Assembly (NCBI GenBank): GCA_029856525.1
Contig: JAHQXC010000017.1
Location: forward strand, 1-20,890
DNA: 20,890 bases
Direction: 5' to 3'
Source of the DNA: Candidatus Odinarchaeia archaeon
Lineage (GTDB): Archaea > Asgardarchaeota > Odinarchaeia > Odinarchaeales > Odinarchaeaceae
Position numbers and translations under genes: made by a program. The notes below the pieces were generated by a model, which was not told the DNA's origin, did not search any database, and worked only from the letters and a program-made list of their open reading frames with translations. Each line of letters opens with the position of its first letter. Within the stretch, counting starts at the first letter, position 1. This document shows positions 16,283 to 20,890 of this stretch, one piece after another.

Positions 16283-16288
16283 GTTAAT

Positions 16289-17149
16289 ATGAAAATCGGA
16301 CTTATATGCGATCGAGTCAGCTGGAATGAGAAAGCTTTGATAAACGCTGCTAATAAGCGTAGAGGAGTGGAGATTATAGAAATACTTTCAGATGATTTAA
16401 TACTAGACGCGTCGGGGAACGACCATAATCTACCGGAAGCGGACATATACCTGCAAAGATGTATCAGCGCTATAAGAGGCTTATATGTAGCAGCTGTTTT
16501 AGAGAGTAAAAACCTACCTGTAGTGAACACTTACGAGGCTTCAAGAATATGCGCTGATAAAACTCTCACCATTCTAGCGTTATCTAAAGCAAATGTACCT
16601 ACACCTAAAACATATCTAGCTTTCACAATAGGCTCCGGTTTAAAAATATTAACTGAAAAATTAAACGGAATAGGGGTTCTTAAACCGAATATAGGCAGCT
16701 GGGGTAGACTTATCGCCATACTCAAGGACCCGTTATCAGCTAAAGCGATTATGGAAGACAGGTTAATGATGGGTGTATTATATCATACGTTTCACATCCA
16801 AGAATATATAGGAGGGGAACCTAAAAGAGACCTACGAGTATATGTGATAGGGGATAGAGTAGTAGCGGGTATCTACCGGTACGCTCCACCAGGAGATTTC
16901 AGAACAAACACAGCTGGTGGAGGTAAAGCTGTGCCTTTAGCTATAACCCCTGAAATCGAAGAGATAAGTCTTCGAGCAGCTAAAGCGGTAGGTGAAGGAG
17001 TATTCGGTGTGGATTTAATGGAAACCCCTAACGGTTACGTAGTACACGAGTTAAACCATACAACCGAGTATAGAAACACGGTTGCAGCCACCGGGATAGA
17101 TGTCCCAGGGGCGATAATAGATTATTTAATTGAAAAGGTGAAAAGATAA
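16289..17149 (+). CDS. lysX: LysW-dependent ATP-grasp ligase (LysX/ArgX, RimK family)
   Basis: KPNIGSWGR, QEYI, DLRVYVIG, TNTAGGG, ELNHTTEY. ATG 16289 (MKIG) preferred over the GTG at 16247. Confidence 0.92.
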   Translation: MKIGLICDRVSWNEKALINAANKRRGVEIIEILSDDLILDASGNDHNLPEADIYLQRCISAIRGLYVAAVLESKNLPVVNTYEASRICADKTLTILALSKANVPTPKTYLAFTIGSGLKILTEKLNGIGVLKPNIGSWGRLIAILKDPLSAKAIMEDRLMMGVLYHTFHIQEYIGGEPKRDLRVYVIGDRVVAGIYRYAPPGDFRTNTAGGGKAVPLAITPEIEEISLRAAKAVGEGVFGVDLMETPNGYVVHELNHTTEYRNTVAATGIDVPGAIIDYLIEKVKR

Positions 17150-18198
17150 TGGTTAAAGCTGGAATTATTGGAGGATCAGGTTATACAGGTGGAGAGCTGC
17201 TTAGAATCCTACTCTTCCACCCGGAGGTTGAAGTAGAGTATATAACGTCGAGGCAAAACGCCGGTAAACCGGTCAGCTTCATACACCCCCATCTCAGAGA
17301 GGTTACTAAACTTAAATTCGAAGATTATAATCCGAGTAGAGCACGCGACTGTGATGTCGTGTTTCTCTGCGTACCCCATAAGGCTTCAATGGATAAAGTC
17401 CCAGAGCTGCTTTCATCAGGTTTAAAAGTGATAGATTTAAGCGCAGACTTCCGGTTGAGGAAAAAAGAATTATATGAACAATACTATTGCCAGCATACAG
17501 CACCCGAATACTTGGAGAAGGCGGTCTACGGGCTTCCGGAACTTCACAGAGAAGAGATTAAAAAAGCTGATTTAATAGCCTGCCCAGGCTGCTTATCATC
17601 CTCTATTATACTAGGTTTAGCTCCATTTGTTAAAGCAGGTATAATAGACACAGAGCATATTATAGCTGACTCTAAGATAGGATCAGACGCCGCTGGAGCC
17701 AGCTTCAATTTCATGACACATCACCCTGAAAGAGCGAATGTTGTAAGACCATACCAGGTAGTCGGTCACAGACATTTAGCGGAGATAGAACAGGAATTAG
17801 GGTTAATAGCTGGAAAAGAGATAAAAGTAGGTTTCACACCTCACGCCGTCGACATGGTTAGAGGGATCCTTTCAACCATGCACACTTTTCTAACAAGAGA
17901 TGTAAGCGAATTAGAGGTTAGAAATATAATCAGAGAATTCTATAAAGACGAGCCTTTTATCAGAATCCTGAAAATGAGTAAAGGCTACTATCAGCTACCT
18001 AACCCTAAATATGTAATCGGATCAAATTACTGTGATATAGGCTTCGAAATAGACACTCACGTAAACCGGTTACTCATATTCACAGCTATAGATAATCTTA
18101 TTAAAGGCTCAGCCGGACCAGCGGTTCAAAACCTAAACATCAGATACGGGTTCAAAGAGACAACAGGCTTAGAATTCCCAGGCTTATACCCTGCTTAA
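17149..18198 (+). CDS. lysY: [LysW]-aminoadipate/glutamate phosphate reductase (LysY/ArgC)
   Basis: GGSGYTGGEL, VIDLSADFRL, YGLPEL, ACPGC catalytic Cys, DNLIKGSAG. TAATG overlap with lysX. Confidence 0.93.
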   Translation: MVKAGIIGGSGYTGGELLRILLFHPEVEVEYITSRQNAGKPVSFIHPHLREVTKLKFEDYNPSRARDCDVVFLCVPHKASMDKVPELLSSGLKVIDLSADFRLRKKELYEQYYCQHTAPEYLEKAVYGLPELHREEIKKADLIACPGCLSSSIILGLAPFVKAGIIDTEHIIADSKIGSDAAGASFNFMTHHPERANVVRPYQVVGHRHLAEIEQELGLIAGKEIKVGFTPHAVDMVRGILSTMHTFLTRDVSELEVRNIIREFYKDEPFIRILKMSKGYYQLPNPKYVIGSNYCDIGFEIDTHVNRLLIFTAIDNLIKGSAGPAVQNLNIRYGFKETTGLEFPGLYPA

Positions 18199-18208
18199 GG
18201 TGAAAACT

Positions 18209-19015
18209 ATGAGAATAGTGGTGAAAATAGGCGGAGAAGTTATCAAAACAGGTTTAGAAAATATATCAGCGGATACAGTGAAACTAGCCTCCGATAATGA
18301 AATAATCTACGTGCACGGCGGGGCGAAAATAGTTAATGAAATATCTGAGAAACTCGGTAAAAAACCGGAGTTCGTGGTCTCACCCACAGGTTCTAGAAGC
18401 AGATACACGGATAAAGAAACAATGGAAATCTTTGAAATGGTGATGGCGGGTAAAGCTAATAAAAAGGTGGTTGAAGCCTTACTCGCTAAAGGTTTAAAAC
18501 CGGTTGGTTTAACTGGAATAGACGGTAGACTGATAATAGCGGAAAGAAAAAAAGTGCTTAAAGTAAAAAAAGATAATAAAATAATAAAAATAGACGGCGG
18601 CTACACTGGTAAAGTAGATAAAGTTGACCCAACGCTCATAGAACTGCTTTTAAAAAACGGGTATATACCGGTTATAGCCCCGATAGCGTTAAGCTATGAA
18701 AACGAGCCGCTAAACATAGACGCGGATAGAGCTGCAGCTAACATAGCAGGCGCGGTTAAAGCTGACGTATTAATATTTCTAACAGACGTGGAGGGTGTTT
18801 TAGATAAAGACGGCAAAATAATAGGCAAGATACCTGCAACTGCTGTTGAAAATTTAAGAGAGCAAGTAGGATTCGGAATGGAGAAAAAAATTCTAGCTAC
18901 AAGTGAAGCCTTACAGATGGGTGTGAAGAGAGTGGTCATCGCTTCAGGTAAAATAGAAGCCCCGATATCTAATGCTTTAACAGGTGAGAGGAGAACGGTG
19001 ATAGTCAATGAGTGA
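18209..19015 (+). CDS. lysZ: [LysW]-aminoadipate/glutamate kinase (LysZ/ArgB)
   Basis: VVKIGG, VHGG, SRYTD, NIDADRAA, LTDVEGV, GMEKKI. ATG 18209 follows GGTGA. Confidence 0.92.
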   Translation: MRIVVKIGGEVIKTGLENISADTVKLASDNEIIYVHGGAKIVNEISEKLGKKPEFVVSPTGSRSRYTDKETMEIFEMVMAGKANKKVVEALLAKGLKPVGLTGIDGRLIIAERKKVLKVKKDNKIIKIDGGYTGKVDKVDPTLIELLLKNGYIPVIAPIALSYENEPLNIDADRAAANIAGAVKADVLIFLTDVEGVLDKDGKIIGKIPATAVENLREQVGFGMEKKILATSEALQMGVKRVVIASGKIEAPISNALTGERRTVIVNE

Positions 19016-20192
19016 AATAATGAAGAGAGAAGACACGTACACAGCCAACGTGTACGGTAAACGGGAAGTAGTTATCGCTAAAGGGAAAGGAGCGTTAGTA
19101 TGGGATATAAACGGTGTTGAATACATCGACTGCCTCGGAGGCCACGGTGTCTGCGTGCTCGGACACAGCCACCCTAAGATAATAGAAGCGTTAACAAACC
19201 AATTAAACAAGATTATAACAGTACCCGGAGTATTATACAGTGAGATACGCGCTGAAGCCGCTGAAAAACTTGTTAAAATAGCACCGAAAGGTTTAACAAA
19301 AGTTTTTTTCAGTAACAGTGGAGCTGAAGCAACGGAAACCGCGATAAAACTGGCTAGAAAATATACTGGTAAAAAAGAGATTATCACGATGATTAAAGGC
19401 TTCCACGGGAGAACTCTAGGCGCCTTATCCGCCACCTGGAAAACAGAGTATAGAGCACCGTTCGAACCGCTAATACCAGGGTTTAAATTCGTAGAATACG
19501 GGGATGCAAGTAAAGTAGAGGAGGCGGTCACCGAGGAGACTGCAGCGGTTATCGTTGAACCTGTTCAAGGTGAAAGCGGAGTTATCATTCCACCGCCCAC
19601 ATATCTTAAAGAGCTTAGAGAAGTATGCGATAGAAAAAATATACTTTTAATCTTCGACGAAGTGCAAACCGGCTTCGGGCGAACGGGAAAAGACTTCGCA
19701 TGCCAGCATTGGAATGTCACCCCTGATATAATGGCTATTGCTAAGGGGATAGGGGGCGGGGTACCTGTAGGAGCGACGCTAGCCTCAGATGAAATTTGGA
19801 GTTGCATGCAACCAGGGGATCATGGAAGCACATTCGGCGGTAATCCTCTAGCCTGCGCCGCTGTTTCAGCTGCAGTCGATGTACTTGTAAACGAGAAACT
19901 CTCTGAGAGAGCAGCTCAGACAGGCGCCTATATGATGCAGCAGCTTCACAAACACTTAGATGAAAACAAGCTTATCAGAGAAATCAGGGGGCTAGGTTTA
20001 ATGATCGCTGTCGAGCTTAAAACTAAAGCTAAACCATACGTGATTAGAGCCGTGCAGGAGCGCCTACTAGTTTTAACTTCTGGAGCTAATATTCTCAGAC
20101 TGCTACCTCCGCTTGTCATCACCAGAGAGCAAGTCGACCAGGTAGCTGAGAGGTTAAGCAGGGTTATACAGCCTTTAAAATCCGCGGATTGA
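19008..20192 (+). CDS. lysJ: [LysW]-aminoadipate semialdehyde / glutamate semialdehyde transaminase (LysJ/ArgD, class III PLP)
   Basis: NSGAEATE, FHGRT, EPVQGE, DEVQTGFGRTG, AKGIGGG (PLP Lys), STFGGNP. Overlaps lysZ by 8 nt. Confidence 0.93.
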   Translation: MSEIMKREDTYTANVYGKREVVIAKGKGALVWDINGVEYIDCLGGHGVCVLGHSHPKIIEALTNQLNKIITVPGVLYSEIRAEAAEKLVKIAPKGLTKVFFSNSGAEATETAIKLARKYTGKKEIITMIKGFHGRTLGALSATWKTEYRAPFEPLIPGFKFVEYGDASKVEEAVTEETAAVIVEPVQGESGVIIPPPTYLKELREVCDRKNILLIFDEVQTGFGRTGKDFACQHWNVTPDIMAIAKGIGGGVPVGATLASDEIWSCMQPGDHGSTFGGNPLACAAVSAAVDVLVNEKLSERAAQTGAYMMQQLHKHLDENKLIREIRGLGLMIAVELKTKAKPYVIRAVQERLLVLTSGANILRLLPPLVITREQVDQVAERLSRVIQPLKSAD

Positions 20193-20200
20193 GATGAAAA

Positions 20201-20890
20201 ATGGATGAAATATCTTTTCTTAAATCATTCGTAGAAATATACAGCCCGCATGGAAAAGAGAGTAAAGCTTCAAATTTCCTATACGAGTCTATGCTTCAAC
20301 TAGGCTTTCAAACGTTTAAAACTCCTATAGGAAATGTGATCGGAGAGATCGGCTGCGGTAAACCGAGAATATTTCTATGCGGACACATGGATACGGTTAA
20401 AGGAAGACTTCCGGTTAAACTAACTTCGACGAGACTCTACGGTCGTGGAGTTGTAGACGCGAAATCCGCTTTAGCAGCGATGATAATCGCAGCGTCACGT
20501 CTCTCTAAAAACCAGGGTAAGGGAACGGTGACAGTGGCTGCGGTTGTAGACGAGGAAGGGCATTCTAAAGGAATACGCGAGTTAATTAAGAGAGGAGTGG
20601 ACGCTGATTACGCGATTTTCGGTGAGCCGAGCCATCTGAAATATATCACAATAGGTTATAAAGGATCTTTAAGCCTACGTTTAAATGTTAAAACACGCGG
20701 AGGGCACACTTCAACACTTATGGCTGATAACGCGATAGAGGAAGCTATAACCTTATGGTCTGAGATTAAAAAACATTTTGAAAAATACATGTCTAAAAGC
20801 CTTCGAAACTCTATCACAGTGAATATCAGCGGAATCAGGAATATAGGGGTAACAAAGGCGAGCGTATACTTGAATTTCCGTTATCCTATA
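20201..20890 (+). CDS. lysK: [LysW]-lysine/ornithine hydrolase (LysK/ArgE, M20 family), 3'-truncated by the window end
   Basis: Manual translation MDEISFLKSFVEIYSPHGKE...GHMDTV...YGRGVVDAK...VDEEG...GEPS...GYKG...GGHTS; open to position 20890. Confidence 0.9.
   Translation, partial: MDEISFLKSFVEIYSPHGKESKASNFLYESMLQLGFQTFKTPIGNVIGEIGCGKPRIFLCGHMDTVKGRLPVKLTSTRLYGRGVVDAKSALAAMIIAASRLSKNQGKGTVTVAAVVDEEGHSKGIRELIKRGVDADYAIFGEPSHLKYITIGYKGSLSLRLNVKTRGGHTSTLMADNAIEEAITLWSEIKKHFEKYMSKSLRNSITVNISGIRNIGVTKASVYLNFRYPI

Noticed and set aside
1376-19807. Remaining short opposite-strand ORFs in the track (1376, 3026, 4204, 4852, 9173, 9648, 14099, 14719, 14825, 16189, 16531, 17312, 18694, 18977, 19565)
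   Set aside because: All lie antisense within well-supported genes and lack independent motifs.

Overview
Archaeal chromosomal window, AT-rich, with TATA/BRE promoters, a thermosome, archaeal GluRS and a lipid geranylgeranyl reductase. My impression is a thermophilic, possibly Asgard/Odinarchaeia-like genome, but that is not demonstrated here. The coding content is mostly housekeeping and metabolic: ThiD fused to a degenerate ThiN-like domain, a thermosome subunit, a sulfurtransferase plus MBL/rhodanese (persulfide dioxygenase-like) pair, gltX, M42 peptidase, CPBP protease, nitrilase-fold amidase, inositol-1-P synthase, HAD phosphatase, a ferredoxin-GGR-membrane protein operon, and an amino-group-carrier cluster lysW-X-Y-Z-J-K (lysK cut by the window end). 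Two real small genes missing from the ORF track were found by hand: a 2[4Fe-4S] ferredoxin (13688-13858) and LysW (15989-16162). The most unusual signal is in the intergenic DNA. There is one clear miniature IS200/IS605 element (1-274; both ends, a dead tnpB C-terminal stub and a reRNA/omegaRNA-like right end) and one likely right-end-only remnant (9410-9545). Two or three further structured islands may be older relatives; they all end in TCAC/TCAG on the minus strand. No CRISPR array, tRNA or rRNA was seen.
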